Virus record (IMG/VR): IMGVR_UViG_3300021978_000001
Location: 96,001 to 160,000 of that record
DNA length: 64,000 nt
Direction: 5' to 3' (one strand)
From: a virus
Taxonomy: Duplodnaviria; Caudoviricetes
Positions 9,892-18,956 of the stretch are shown here, piece by piece. The stretch's first letter is position 1; each line of letters opens with the position of its first letter. Below the pieces are notes generated by a model. It was given only the letters and a program-made list of their open reading frames with translations, did not search any database and was not told where the DNA came from. Made by a program: the position numbers and the translations under genes.

Positions 9892-10340
9892 GTGTCTTCT
9901 ACCTCTTCTGTTTCTTCGGCTGGCTCTTTGGCTACAGAGCGTCCTATCTTTTCTTTCCACGCCTTCAAGCGCACGAGCATTATCTCGTTTTGCAAGGTAC
10001 GCAGCTCTTTCAAGTGCGTGACCAACTCTTCGAGGCTCATGGGCATCTCGGATGAAGGCGGCCCGCACAACCCACATGTGCTAACCCCATAGCGCAAGCG
10101 GCACATCTGCTGGTAACGCTTGGTCCACCGTTTGGTGTCTTCACCTTCCCACTCAAGACCATGCGCGACCCAGTAGTAGCGCAACGTCAAGAGATACGCA
10201 GCCTCGACCTCTTGAGGCGTGATGCCGTGCATATGGGGGCGTTCTTCCATCGAGTCGAGGTGCGCTTTCATCTCGCGGATGACCGCGAGTAACGCCTCTG
10301 CTGAATCGACGGCGCTAAAGTCCCATGTGAGTATGTCCAT
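9888..10340 (-). CDS. hypothetical protein
   Basis: ORF with TTGACT-N18-TATGCT promoter upstream. Confidence 0.6.
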   Translation of the reverse strand: MDILTWDFSAVDSAEALLAVIREMKAHLDSMEERPHMHGITPQEVEAAYLLTLRYYWVAHGLEWEGEDTKRWTKRYQQMCRLRYGVSTCGLCGPPSSEMPMSLEELVTHLKELRTLQNEIMLVRLKAWKEKIGRSVAKEPAEETEEVEDT

Positions 10341-10409
10341 ACAACGGTCTCCAGGTTCAGGTTATCGAACCCGGAGAGCATACCTTGACGTCATGAGAAG
10401 AGTCAAGCC

Positions 10410-10754
10410 TTACATCCACTGCGGCCCTGTATCGCCACGTAGACGCGAGAGACACGCGCAGGCGAAGTCCCTGGCCTCGGTATCGGCAGAACCGAAGATG
10501 ACGTTCTCTGGAGCGTGGAGCGCGTCGAACAGAATGTTCCGTGCCTCTCCAGGCGTCTCCGCGTTGGCCGCCTCATCCATCGCTTTGGTCAAGCGACAGG
10601 CGACAGCCTCCCAGCCTTCCTTGATGGTGAACAGGGACCAGTATTCGTGCGCGACAAACTCGCGCTTTCCGGTGTGGTCACACAAAACCTCGAACCCTTC
10701 CATCACGCGGTCGCGAAAGAAGGGGTGGGCGATCTCTTGTCGGGTCATGGCCAT
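10410..10754 (-). CDS. hypothetical protein
   Basis: ORF track, packing. Confidence 0.6.
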   Translation of the reverse strand: MAMTRQEIAHPFFRDRVMEGFEVLCDHTGKREFVAHEYWSLFTIKEGWEAVACRLTKAMDEAANAETPGEARNILFDALHAPENVIFGSADTEARDFACACLSRLRGDTGPQWM

Positions 10755-10757
10755 GGT

Positions 10758-11045
10758 TCACTTCTCCTCAAGGCATTGGTCCACGAACTGCTTGCAGCGC
10801 TTGAGGCTTCCGGGGTAGTGCTCGCGGCGCTGTTGAATCATGCGCACTTTCCAGTCCCCGTCTGCGAGGCGGTTGATGCGCTGCTCGCGGTAGTACCAGT
10901 AGGTGGTGCCGTTGGTGTAGGTCACCTTGACCGTGCCTGCGCTCATGCGGAGCGTGACCTGGCCCTGTTCGAGCTGGCGCTCGATGGTGTTCGCGATATG
11001 TTGAGGAAGGTGCTCGGTGTACTTTGGTGCGATTTGGTCCGTCAT
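10758..11045 (-). CDS. hypothetical protein
   Basis: RBS plus own promoter at 11101-11130. Confidence 0.6.
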   Translation of the reverse strand: MTDQIAPKYTEHLPQHIANTIERQLEQGQVTLRMSAGTVKVTYTNGTTYWYYREQRINRLADGDWKVRMIQQRREHYPGSLKRCKQFVDQCLEEK

Positions 11046-11204
11046 GGTGTCCCTCTCTATCGTGTCGTGCTGTTTCGTTGTCGTCTTGTCCGTACACTTA
11101 CTGATACCACAAGGGTAAGGTACCGTAAAAACTTTCTTCAAGATTTCTCGAAGAAAGTCCTTACAGCCCCGTGAGAGAGAGGCTACATGCGGGTGAGAGG
11201 TGCC

Positions 11205-11480
11205 TCACTTTTTGGGGTCGAGGTCATCGGGGCAGGGAAACACCACCTGATGCCAGGGGTAAATCACCGCCTCCACGTCGGGGTCTCCGACTCCGAGCGC
11301 CTTGCCAAGCTCCGAGAGCTTCCCGCGAAGGTGCATGATATTTGGGCTCAGGATGAGGACCGAGATGCCTCGGGTCCAGCCCCCCTCGCGCAAGGGGGAG
11401 TTGGCGGGCAGGTCGATGAACTTCACTGCCTCGCGGGGAGCGTCGATGTAGGTGTCGAGGAGGTCGTCAATGTAGGCCAT
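11205..11480 (-). CDS. hypothetical protein
   Basis: RBS AAGGAAGTGATACCATG. Confidence 0.6.
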   Translation of the reverse strand: MAYIDDLLDTYIDAPREAVKFIDLPANSPLREGGWTRGISVLILSPNIMHLRGKLSELGKALGVGDPDVEAVIYPWHQVVFPCPDDLDPKK

Positions 11481-11484
11481 GGTA

Positions 11485-11655
11485 TCACTTCCTTGCTTTG
11501 CGAGTCATGCAACGTGCGGCAAATTCAGCTTCCTCTCGCGACCTGTAGGTCACGACGCCCCCTTGTGGCATCCTCAAGGGTTGCCCGTTCTTCTCGACCC
11601 AGTGGGTCTCGCGAGTCTTGACGTCAGGGTGCGTTCCGCTCTTGGCTTTATACAT
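11485..11655 (-). CDS. small hypothetical protein (56 aa, MYKAKSGTHPDV...)
   Basis: Below ORF-track cutoff; same AGGAAGTGATACCATG leader as the next gene. Confidence 0.5.
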   Translation of the reverse strand: MYKAKSGTHPDVKTRETHWVEKNGQPLRMPQGGVVTYRSREEAEFAARCMTRKARK

Positions 11656-11702
11656 GGTATCACTTCCTTATCTAAGGTTGGGTTGGTGTGTCCGCGAGGC
11701 TC

Positions 11703-11912
11703 TCAGAGGATCTCCATGTACCACTCGTAAGAGGTCTCGCCGTGGAAGTAGACGTGGGTAACTCCGTTGGGGTCAATCTCGGCAGCTTCGCAGGCTGCCT
11801 TGACGATGGCTCGCGCTTCTGCCCTTGTCGCTTTCGCGTCACACTCGACCGCGATCTTCCAACCTTCGTCATACACTTCGCACTCGATGCCGTTCACTTT
11901 AACTTCCGTCAT
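11703..11912 (-). CDS. hypothetical protein
   Basis: GAGG RBS; own promoter at 11971-12002. Confidence 0.55.
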   Translation of the reverse strand: MTEVKVNGIECEVYDEGWKIAVECDAKATRAEARAIVKAACEAAEIDPNGVTHVYFHGETSYEWYMEIL

Positions 11913-12082
11913 GATGTCCCTCATATCGTTTCGTGCCGTGGTGTGTTGTCGTCTTCCGTTCCGTACATTTACTGATACCACAAGGCATGAGGGGCGTAAA
12001 AACTTTCTCGAAGAAAAAACGAAGAAAGCTCTTACGCCGCCAGGACAGGTAGGCGACATACGGTCGAGAGGGTCTGACGTTT

Positions 12083-12610
12083 TTACACGAGCGAACGGAA
12101 CGTCAGGTTGATACGAGGCTCGGTCACTCTCTTGCGCGCGGGCAAGGAATGCTCCCAGGTGCGCTGCATGCCTCTCGGCATCACGAGCAAGCTCCCGTGA
12201 GTCAAGGTGAGATCGGTCTGCTCGCTGCGGTCCTTACGGCGCAGCTTGAAGTCACGCGCGGCGCCAAAGGACAGGGACGCGATGACGGCATCCTCCCCGA
12301 ACAGCTCCTCATCATCCGCATGCCACCCGATCTTGTCGGAGCCATCACGGTAAAGGTTCGCGAGCACCGTGGGGAGTCGCTCTCCTACGTGCGCCTGGAC
12401 CGCCTCCTGTAGCTCCAGGAGCAAGGGGGGAAGTTCGCGCGCCTCCCAGGTCAGGTTGGAGTACGTGTAGTCTACAGGGCCGTACCACGCGGTCAGGCGA
12501 GGTTGTGGGTAGCGCTTGCCATAGACCGTGACCGAGCGTTGCTCGAAGTCGATGGCGTCTCGGAGCTGGTCGAGGCTCACGTCGGTGAAGTTTTCGATGA
12601 ACTCGTGCAT
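12083..12610 (-). CDS. alkB: AlkB-family 2OG-Fe(II) dioxygenase
   Basis: QPRLTAWYG, NLYRDGSDKIGWHADDE, IASLSFG, WEH, RINLTFR. Confidence 0.92.
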   Translation of the reverse strand: MHEFIENFTDVSLDQLRDAIDFEQRSVTVYGKRYPQPRLTAWYGPVDYTYSNLTWEARELPPLLLELQEAVQAHVGERLPTVLANLYRDGSDKIGWHADDEELFGEDAVIASLSFGAARDFKLRRKDRSEQTDLTLTHGSLLVMPRGMQRTWEHSLPARKRVTEPRINLTFRSLV

Positions 12611-12692
12611 GGGAATACCTCTTGTCGTGTCAGTCTGTGTTTTCATCATCGTGCACTTGCTGATACCACAAGGATTAGGAGGTGTAAAACTC

Positions 12693-12941
12693 TCATCGGG
12701 GTGAAGGGAACACGTACTCATCCCCTGGCGCATGGTGAACGTGCTCATCCTCGGGGAAGTGTTTGTGAGCACCGAGCCAGGGCACGTACTGGAGGGCGCC
12801 TTCGTCGTCTTCGAGTTCGTAATAGAGCTTGCCTGTCACATCAATCATCGGCGCCATGACCTCGCGGGTCTCGGTTTCGACGATCATGTGGGTCCGGTTC
12901 CACGCGTAGCCCCGGACCATGTGGTATTTGGAAAACGTCAT
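12693..12941 (-). CDS. hypothetical protein
   Basis: ORF track. Confidence 0.5.
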   Translation of the reverse strand: MTFSKYHMVRGYAWNRTHMIVETETREVMAPMIDVTGKLYYELEDDEGALQYVPWLGAHKHFPEDEHVHHAPGDEYVFPSPR

Positions 12942-12995
12942 CTCATGCCTCTCCAGGTGTGTAGGCTGTTTGGGGGGTGCCTTTCTGACAACCTT

Positions 12996-13712
12996 TTAGT
13001 TAGTAGGGGCGTAGAACTCCGGCATCCCCTCGACGGTGTACCCGAGCGGGACGTACACGTCTGACAGGAGCGTGTCGAGGGCTTCCTTGAAATAAGACGC
13101 GAGAGGCGGCCCTCCAATCACATTCAAGCCCAACTCTTCTCCCTCCTCATTCAAGGCAGTGAGAGACTCGTGGTGCTCTCGAATCAGGCGCGCGAAGCCT
13201 TCCTGCACCTCATCATACGTCAGAGCCTCTTCGAGCATGCACTCGAAGTCTCGAATAAGCTCTTGCACGACCGTGGCGATACGCGCGCCATGGGCGGCGG
13301 CGTGCGGCTTGAAAGTCTTGGGTTTGCCCTGAAGCTCCGCAGTGAGGATGAGTACCCACAACGGGTTGAGAGACAGCGCCAGCGTGAGCGCGACCATGGC
13401 ATTGGGTGGCGCCAGCGTGTCATGGAACGCATTCAGAATGTCAAAGCCCAGTTCCGTATCCGACAGCTCTACCACGCTCTCGGGGATCTGCATATGCGTC
13501 GCGGTAGGCAAGTTTGGCGCGAGGCTCTGGAGAAGCGCGACCGCGCGCACCCATCCGCAGACAGGTTGAAAATCCAGCTCCATGGTGAGCTTCAGCGCTT
13601 GCCGGTCTGAAATGACCCAGGACTTTTCGGTTTCGAGCTTGCGCCCTGCGAGCAGGCGCGCGGCCTTGATAAGATCTTGTGGCATGATTGACTCCGTTGT
13701 CGTGTGTGCCAT
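12996..13712 (-). CDS. hypothetical protein
   Basis: ORF with upstream promoter motif at 13723-13750. Confidence 0.65.
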   Translation of the reverse strand: MAHTTTESIMPQDLIKAARLLAGRKLETEKSWVISDRQALKLTMELDFQPVCGWVRAVALLQSLAPNLPTATHMQIPESVVELSDTELGFDILNAFHDTLAPPNAMVALTLALSLNPLWVLILTAELQGKPKTFKPHAAAHGARIATVVQELIRDFECMLEEALTYDEVQEGFARLIREHHESLTALNEEGEELGLNVIGGPPLASYFKEALDTLLSDVYVPLGYTVEGMPEFYAPTN

Positions 13713-13760
13713 TGGAGTCTCTTGTTACCACAAGCGCTAGAAGGTGTAAAGACAGAAAGC

Positions 13761-14051
13761 TCAAGACGGATAACGAAACTCACGCACATTATCCCAATAC
13801 GTCTCTTGCGAGTACCGGATCACGCGATGAGAAACCCCGTATTCACTCTGAAGAACCTCGATCACTGCCAACAGCTTCCAGGCACCTATCCCTTCACAGC
13901 TCGCCATGGCATACATATCCCCGCGCCACACCCCACCACTTGCCCTGATGATCTGGAGAAAGTGCAGCGCTTGTGCGTGGATCATGTTCTGAGGCCACTT
14001 GCGTGCCTTGTTTACGGTACGCAGCTCATCATGGAACGCATTAATCAACAT
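13761..14051 (-). CDS. hypothetical protein
   Basis: ORF track; starts MLINAF like two genes at 46-47 kb. Confidence 0.55.
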   Translation of the reverse strand: MLINAFHDELRTVNKARKWPQNMIHAQALHFLQIIRASGGVWRGDMYAMASCEGIGAWKLLAVIEVLQSEYGVSHRVIRYSQETYWDNVREFRYPS

Positions 14052-14062
14052 AGAGCACCTCG

Positions 14063-14143
14063 ATATTCATTATAATGCATATCAAGACCTTTCGAGCTAC
14101 TTTCGAGACCCGAATTGCACAGAATATGCATTATAATGAATAT
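14063..14143. repeat. perfect 20-bp AT-rich inverted repeat with 41-bp spacer
   Basis: ATATTCATTATAATGCATAT (14063-14082) and its reverse complement (14124-14143). Confidence 0.9.
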
Positions 14144-14145
14144 GG

Positions 14146-14400
14146 TCACAGGATAGTGTAGCCCTGCTCGGTGAGCCACGCGCGCAACGCGGTAACGTCC
14201 CGGTCGGGGAAGGGGCTGAGACGCACGGTCCGGCCATCTTCGAGCGTGGCCGTCGCCAGGACGTGACTATACCCTGGAAACAGATCACCGACCGCGTATG
14301 CTCCGAGATCCGGGAGCACGAAGCAACTCTGCTGTCGTGGCGGCGTCGCGTACACGGCATGAACGCGGTTTCCCGCTGTGACTCGCATAAAATGATACAT
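14146..14400 (-). CDS. hypothetical protein directly downstream of the CRISPR array
   Basis: GGAG RBS just after the terminal degenerate repeat; 84 aa. Confidence 0.6.
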   Translation of the reverse strand: MYHFMRVTAGNRVHAVYATPPRQQSCFVLPDLGAYAVGDLFPGYSHVLATATLEDGRTVRLSPFPDRDVTALRAWLTEQGYTIL

Positions 14401-14407
14401 CTCTTTT

Positions 14408-14730
14408 CTCCTAAGCCCCGCATGCGCGGGGAACCTGGTTTGTGCTATCTGGCACGGCGGGCCATCCCCGCATACGCGGGGAACACTCTCTCTTGTCGTC
14501 TCAGTCAACGCCAGGTGTGGGGCCATCCCCGCATACGCGGGGAACACTGCGTGTAGAGTGAGCCCCTCTCTTCCCAAACGGGACCATCCCCGCATGCGCG
14601 GGGAATACGCGAATCAAAATCGAGGTCAAGCCCTTCTTGGCGGACCATCCCCGCATGCGCGGGGAACACTGCGCTTCCTTGTCTTTCTCGTCCTTCGAGC
14701 GCGGACCATCCCCGCATGCGCGGGGAACAC
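14408..14730 (-). CRISPR. orphan type I-E-like mini-array: 5 full repeats plus 1 degenerate, four 33-nt spacers and one 23-nt spacer
   Basis: Repeat GTGTTCCCCGCGCATGCGGGGATGGTCC at 14459, 14520, 14581, 14642, 14703 (61-nt period); leader and TTGACA promoter at 14731-14840; no cas genes in window. Confidence 0.95.
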
Positions 14731-14803
14731 TCTGAGACATCTTGTCACAGTTCAGCACGCCGATGACCTCGAACAACACCCATTCCCGAGTGTCAGAGAC
14801 AGA

Positions 14804-14840
14804 AATACCCTACTTGATGGGTGATGTCAAGTAGGGTATT
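14804..14840. promoter_or_regulatory. palindromic promoter/operator of the CRISPR array
   Basis: 14-bp arms AATACCCTACTTGA / TCAAGTAGGGTATT, 9-bp spacer; contains TTGACA-N17-TATTTC on the minus strand. Confidence 0.75.
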
Positions 14841-14876
14841 GAGGATCAGCGCAGGTATTCTTTACTGAGGTACTCC

Positions 14877-16577
14877 TTACTGAGGACCGCGCAGGACATC
14901 GGTGCCGCCGAAGTTATTGACCGAGAACGTCACAGGGTCACCGACCTTCCATTGCTCATAGGTCTCCAGGGATACCTCGAACTCTCTGGAGTACCCATGT
15001 TCAGGCTTGAACGCCTTCGGGTCCTTATCATACCCGAGGGTGACGTAGTAGCTCCCCTTTGTACGCGTGCGCTCGTGGACACCAGGGGACGCCTCGGGCC
15101 AACGGGGCTCGTTGGTACCGCTCAGGTTGTACGTCCCCGCAGAAGCCCAACGCTGCGTCTTGTACTGGCACCAGGGGCGTGTCACGGAGCGCTCGCACAT
15201 GCGGTCCACCACGTCGTGGTCATGGATAGGCTCCTGGTGCGACTTCGTGCATGTCGAGTCTTCCATGGTGTAGGTGATGTCCGTGCACGTCGTGTTCTCC
15301 CAGGTGCGCACGCGCTTACGGCACGTCGAATCCACCATCTTGGTGCAATAGGTAGTCACGCAAGAGCGCTTGGCCGATCCGTTGGATTTGCGCTTCGTCG
15401 AGCACTTCTCTCCACAGGCCACGCGCTCCGCCTTGCGACAGGACACCATCTTGGTCTCCCAGATCGGCTTCTTGCATGGCTTGACCTTCTCGTGTCGGAC
15501 ACGCTTTTTACACGGCTCCTCGGTGACCACGGTCTTCATGTGGCGGCATGCCACCTCACGCTGGCCACACACATACTGCTCGTTGTGGTGATGCTTGGGC
15601 GCGCATGACACGATATGCACACCCGCGCGCTCACCTGTGCCTTTCGTGGGCGGCACCTCGGGGATCTCTCGGATGTTCTCTTGCCAGTCTTCCTTGTACA
15701 CGTTCTCCCAACGCTCGACGTACAACGTGCGCTCCCAACGCATGGCTTCGACGTTGCCGTCCACCTCGTGTGAGGTACATCCCCACCGCAAGAACAGGAT
15801 GAGCCCCGAGATCATGCCTCCCCAGAAGAGGACGAACATCACCCGGTGAGGGATGTACCGAACCTGTGACGTGGACTTCGGCGCCACGGGTTCGATCCGT
15901 GGGATCTTCATCTCGGGCGGATCTTCGGGTGTCTCGTGCGCTTCTGCCTCCTGCGCTTCTGCCTCCTGCGCGTCAGCATTCTGAGCATCATACTCGACCG
16001 AACTCGGGAGGTCGGTATCTTCCCACTCGGGGCGCGCTTCATGCGTCTCTTCTTTCATCTGCGCCTTGAACGCAGAGCGCCCTTCTTGTGCGCGTTCGAG
16101 CTGACTCGCATGCGCATCGTCCATGTCAAAGGACAGCCCTTGCGCCGCGCGCATTCCGGCATACTCACCAAACTGTTCCACAAGGAACGCAGACACGCCC
16201 TGGTCCCCGTCCATGTAAGCCTGGAAGGTCTCGTAATCGAGCGCGTCTCTCAGGTCATCATCGGAAGCTCCACGGCTCGCATGACAATGATGACACTCGC
16301 GCTCATCGGCGTAGTTATCCGCCTGACAGTTGGTGCAGAACCAGCTCGCCCCGAGGTCCCCGAAGCGCGCTTCCTCTTCAGGCGTGAACGCGCGCTCCTC
16401 GTGGTTCCACTCATCCCAGGACTCATCATCACCCGGGAGATAGGCGTTATCGAACTCGACGAAGGTTCTTGTATGGCCACACTCCGGGCACGAACGGTGG
16501 CGCGGGCTACAGGGTATCCCTTGCAGTCCGCAGTCCGTACAATCCCAGAGCATCCAATAGGAGGTATCTCTACTCAT
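14877..16577 (-). CDS. membrane protein: N-terminal Zn ribbons, one TM helix, Cys-rich C-terminal domain
   Basis: WDCTDC..CPECG, WFCTNC..CHHC; TM VMFVLFWGGMISGLILFL; about 16 Cys in the C-terminal part. Confidence 0.75.
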   Translation of the reverse strand: MSRDTSYWMLWDCTDCGLQGIPCSPRHRSCPECGHTRTFVEFDNAYLPGDDESWDEWNHEERAFTPEEEARFGDLGASWFCTNCQADNYADERECHHCHASRGASDDDLRDALDYETFQAYMDGDQGVSAFLVEQFGEYAGMRAAQGLSFDMDDAHASQLERAQEGRSAFKAQMKEETHEARPEWEDTDLPSSVEYDAQNADAQEAEAQEAEAHETPEDPPEMKIPRIEPVAPKSTSQVRYIPHRVMFVLFWGGMISGLILFLRWGCTSHEVDGNVEAMRWERTLYVERWENVYKEDWQENIREIPEVPPTKGTGERAGVHIVSCAPKHHHNEQYVCGQREVACRHMKTVVTEEPCKKRVRHEKVKPCKKPIWETKMVSCRKAERVACGEKCSTKRKSNGSAKRSCVTTYCTKMVDSTCRKRVRTWENTTCTDITYTMEDSTCTKSHQEPIHDHDVVDRMCERSVTRPWCQYKTQRWASAGTYNLSGTNEPRWPEASPGVHERTRTKGSYYVTLGYDKDPKAFKPEHGYSREFEVSLETYEQWKVGDPVTFSVNNFGGTDVLRGPQ

Positions 16578-16945
16578 GTGTCTTCCTTGTGATAAAGGCA
16601 CTTGCTCAGTGCGTGCGGATGCCTCAACCAATCCTCAGAACCCACCATGCACTGCACATGGTAGTGGTACGCGGTCGAGTCATCTTCCGGGTGCGTGTAC
16701 GTGCCGCTCAGGTGCCACAGGAGCGTGCTGTCCTTCTCGTGGGATACACGCTCAAGGATCTTGTGGTTGGCGATCCCGAGGCTCCCGAGATACCCGAGCG
16801 CGTCGAACACACCATCGAAGGTACCGAGCCACGCGGTAGGCGCTTCAGGCGTCCCGAGATAGAGCTGCCACACCATGGGGGTTTGCTTCAAGTAGCGTTC
16901 CCAGGCGAGCGCCTCTTCACGGGTTCGTTCCGTCTTTTCGCTCAT
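16574..16945 (-). CDS. hypothetical protein
   Basis: Stop/start overlaps on both sides. Confidence 0.6.
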   Translation of the reverse strand: MSEKTERTREEALAWERYLKQTPMVWQLYLGTPEAPTAWLGTFDGVFDALGYLGSLGIANHKILERVSHEKDSTLLWHLSGTYTHPEDDSTAYHYHVQCMVGSEDWLRHPHALSKCLYHKEDT

Positions 16946-17385
16946 CACATCTCCGGCAAGCGTCCGATACGGCACGCGTTGAGGGTCAAGACCCCCTGCG
17001 TATCGTTTCGTTGGATATGGAAGTAAAACGCGGTCGCGAGCAAGCCTTCCTCGACCTGCTCGTACTCCATGTCATACATCGACATGGCGCCGTAGGTCAA
17101 GTAACACGCCTCGACCACATCGAAGAACCCTTCGCTTGCCTTGACGATCTCTCCTGTGGGGTCTCCTGAACCGCCGCGCGCTACCGCCACCCAGAGCCAA
17201 TGCGGGCGTTGCAACCCTGGCTTGGGTTCACGCGGCTCTCCTACATGGTCCTCGAAGAAAGCCTGCACGCTGACGCCCTCGAACTCGTCGAGTTCATCGG
17301 GTTCGAGACCTTGTGTAATGGTCGGGTCCAGCTCCACGATCGGGAGCTGTTCGATTCGGAACTGCTTTTTGGGGTCACGGATCAT
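16945..17385 (-). CDS. hypothetical protein
   Basis: GGAG RBS, upstream promoter motif at 17422-17450. Confidence 0.6.
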   Translation of the reverse strand: MIRDPKKQFRIEQLPIVELDPTITQGLEPDELDEFEGVSVQAFFEDHVGEPREPKPGLQRPHWLWVAVARGGSGDPTGEIVKASEGFFDVVEACYLTYGAMSMYDMEYEQVEEGLLATAFYFHIQRNDTQGVLTLNACRIGRLPEM

Positions 17386-17453
17386 GGTCGATCTCCTGTC
17401 GTGTTGTTTCGTCACCACAAGTATCTACCATATTTGACGGGAGGCGTAAAGAC

Positions 17454-18155
17454 TTATCTCCAGACGCAGTGCTTGTAGGTATCGAACACCAGGTTCCCGG
17501 CGAGGGTGGTATCCTTACGCGGACTCTTGGCGCGCACCACACCCTTGAGCGTGATCTGGTCTACCGCGTAAGGCGCCAGGTCGATCGAACCGTTTACATT
17601 GAGCGCAGTCGTGACTCCAGCCTGGTCGATGTCAGAACCCCAGGCAACACGGTAGTCAGGCAAGCCCTTCTGCGCGATGTCGAGTGTTGCCCAGGAAAGA
17701 AAGGACAGATCACCACCCTCTGCATACAGGATAGCGTGCTTGAGGTGGATGTGATCTGCGTTGCGGAACGCGCGTGGGAGGTAGAACTTGTCCGTAAACT
17801 CGATGGTCGAATACACCCCCTGGAGCTTCACCGATTCGATCTCTTCCGGGTTCACCTTGTGGATGACCTCCTCGTACACACACTGCTCGGTTTTAGGTGC
17901 CGTGCCCATATCAGCATCAAGGCTCATATCAGGAGACGTCAGAACCCATCCAGCGTCACGCTCAGGGTCTTCATGCTCTCGTGGAGGGGGTAGAGTAGGC
18001 GCGTAGGACACGCGACCCGTAGAATCAGGCTCCGTAACCTCTGGAGGTGCGATCGTTTCGGCGTCAGGAGCGCCTTTGTCTGCGCGGGACCATCCACACC
18101 CCACCACAAAGGCCATCAAGATGGCGATCATCGTCAACGGGGCGAGGTGGTTCAT
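17454..18155 (-). CDS. putative lipoprotein
   Basis: Signal peptide with lipobox-like FVVG-C. Confidence 0.65.
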   Translation of the reverse strand: MNHLAPLTMIAILMAFVVGCGWSRADKGAPDAETIAPPEVTEPDSTGRVSYAPTLPPPREHEDPERDAGWVLTSPDMSLDADMGTAPKTEQCVYEEVIHKVNPEEIESVKLQGVYSTIEFTDKFYLPRAFRNADHIHLKHAILYAEGGDLSFLSWATLDIAQKGLPDYRVAWGSDIDQAGVTTALNVNGSIDLAPYAVDQITLKGVVRAKSPRKDTTLAGNLVFDTYKHCVWR

Positions 18156-18202
18156 GGCATCCTCCTTTCGTTATGTGCCACAAAACACGGATCATAAACA
18201 GG

Positions 18203-18937
18203 TTATGTGGCCCAATCATCTTCTGGCAAGGCCATCTCCCACACGAGCGAAGCATCCTCACACAGGGGGTTCACCCGGTAGTGCTCACCACGTACTTCAA
18301 TCACACCCTCATCCACGAGTTCATCGAGACAGGTCCAGGCACCATAGCGTTCAGTGAGGTCGAAGTTGAACGCGAGGCGAAGCTCTTGCAACGGGTAAGG
18401 CTTCCACAGATCACAATCCACGAGCCCCGACGTCAGGAGATCCTGCGCGCCCTTGCCCACCGTGATCGTCCCCCCATCGGTGTGCCATGGGCCGTGATCA
18501 TAGTAGTAGTCATGGATGTTCTGGCGAATGCGCGCGTCCACGTCCTCTTGTGGCACAGGGGTGGGTGGGAGGCGCTCGAAATGCTCTGCCAGGACGAAAG
18601 GTGGCAAGAGCTGCGCCACAGGGTCCAGGGTCTCTTCGAGCTGTGGGGGATGCACCCCTTTACGCGTGATCTCCTCGATCAACACACACGGGGTGAGCTT
18701 GTACCATTCCTTACCGCCGTCACCACGCCAGGGAGTGAGCAGCCTGTGCATACGCTGCTCTTGCTCCCAGGTTCCGGGCCACCACGTCACCACACGCAGC
18801 TTGTCATAGTTGGAACCTTGCATGTCCCGACGCCGGTGTTCTCCCGAGCGCCCCGTGTGCCCCAACTTGTATCGCCAGGTCTCCCCGGCGCGGATAAGAT
18901 ATATCACTTCCAACCTCCTCACCCCTGTTCTACGCAA
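18203..18937 (-). CDS. T5orf172/GIY-YIG-like domain protein
   Basis: VIYLIR..YKLG.T...R..DMQGSN..KL.V...E.RMH.LL...R...EWY. Confidence 0.75.
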   Translation of the reverse strand: MRRTGVRRLEVIYLIRAGETWRYKLGHTGRSGEHRRRDMQGSNYDKLRVVTWWPGTWEQEQRMHRLLTPWRGDGGKEWYKLTPCVLIEEITRKGVHPPQLEETLDPVAQLLPPFVLAEHFERLPPTPVPQEDVDARIRQNIHDYYYDHGPWHTDGGTITVGKGAQDLLTSGLVDCDLWKPYPLQELRLAFNFDLTERYGAWTCLDELVDEGVIEVRGEHYRVNPLCEDASLVWEMALPEDDWAT

Positions 18938-18956
18938 AGAAGGCGGGACGCGTTCG

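Noticed and set aside
14146-14824. ORFs running through the CRISPR array, and similar ORFs at 30920-31290 and 31374-31841
   Set aside because: They are translations of repeats and tRNA genes.
15938-15971. 15-bp tandem repeat (EAQEA)
   Set aside because: Ordinary low-complexity linker.
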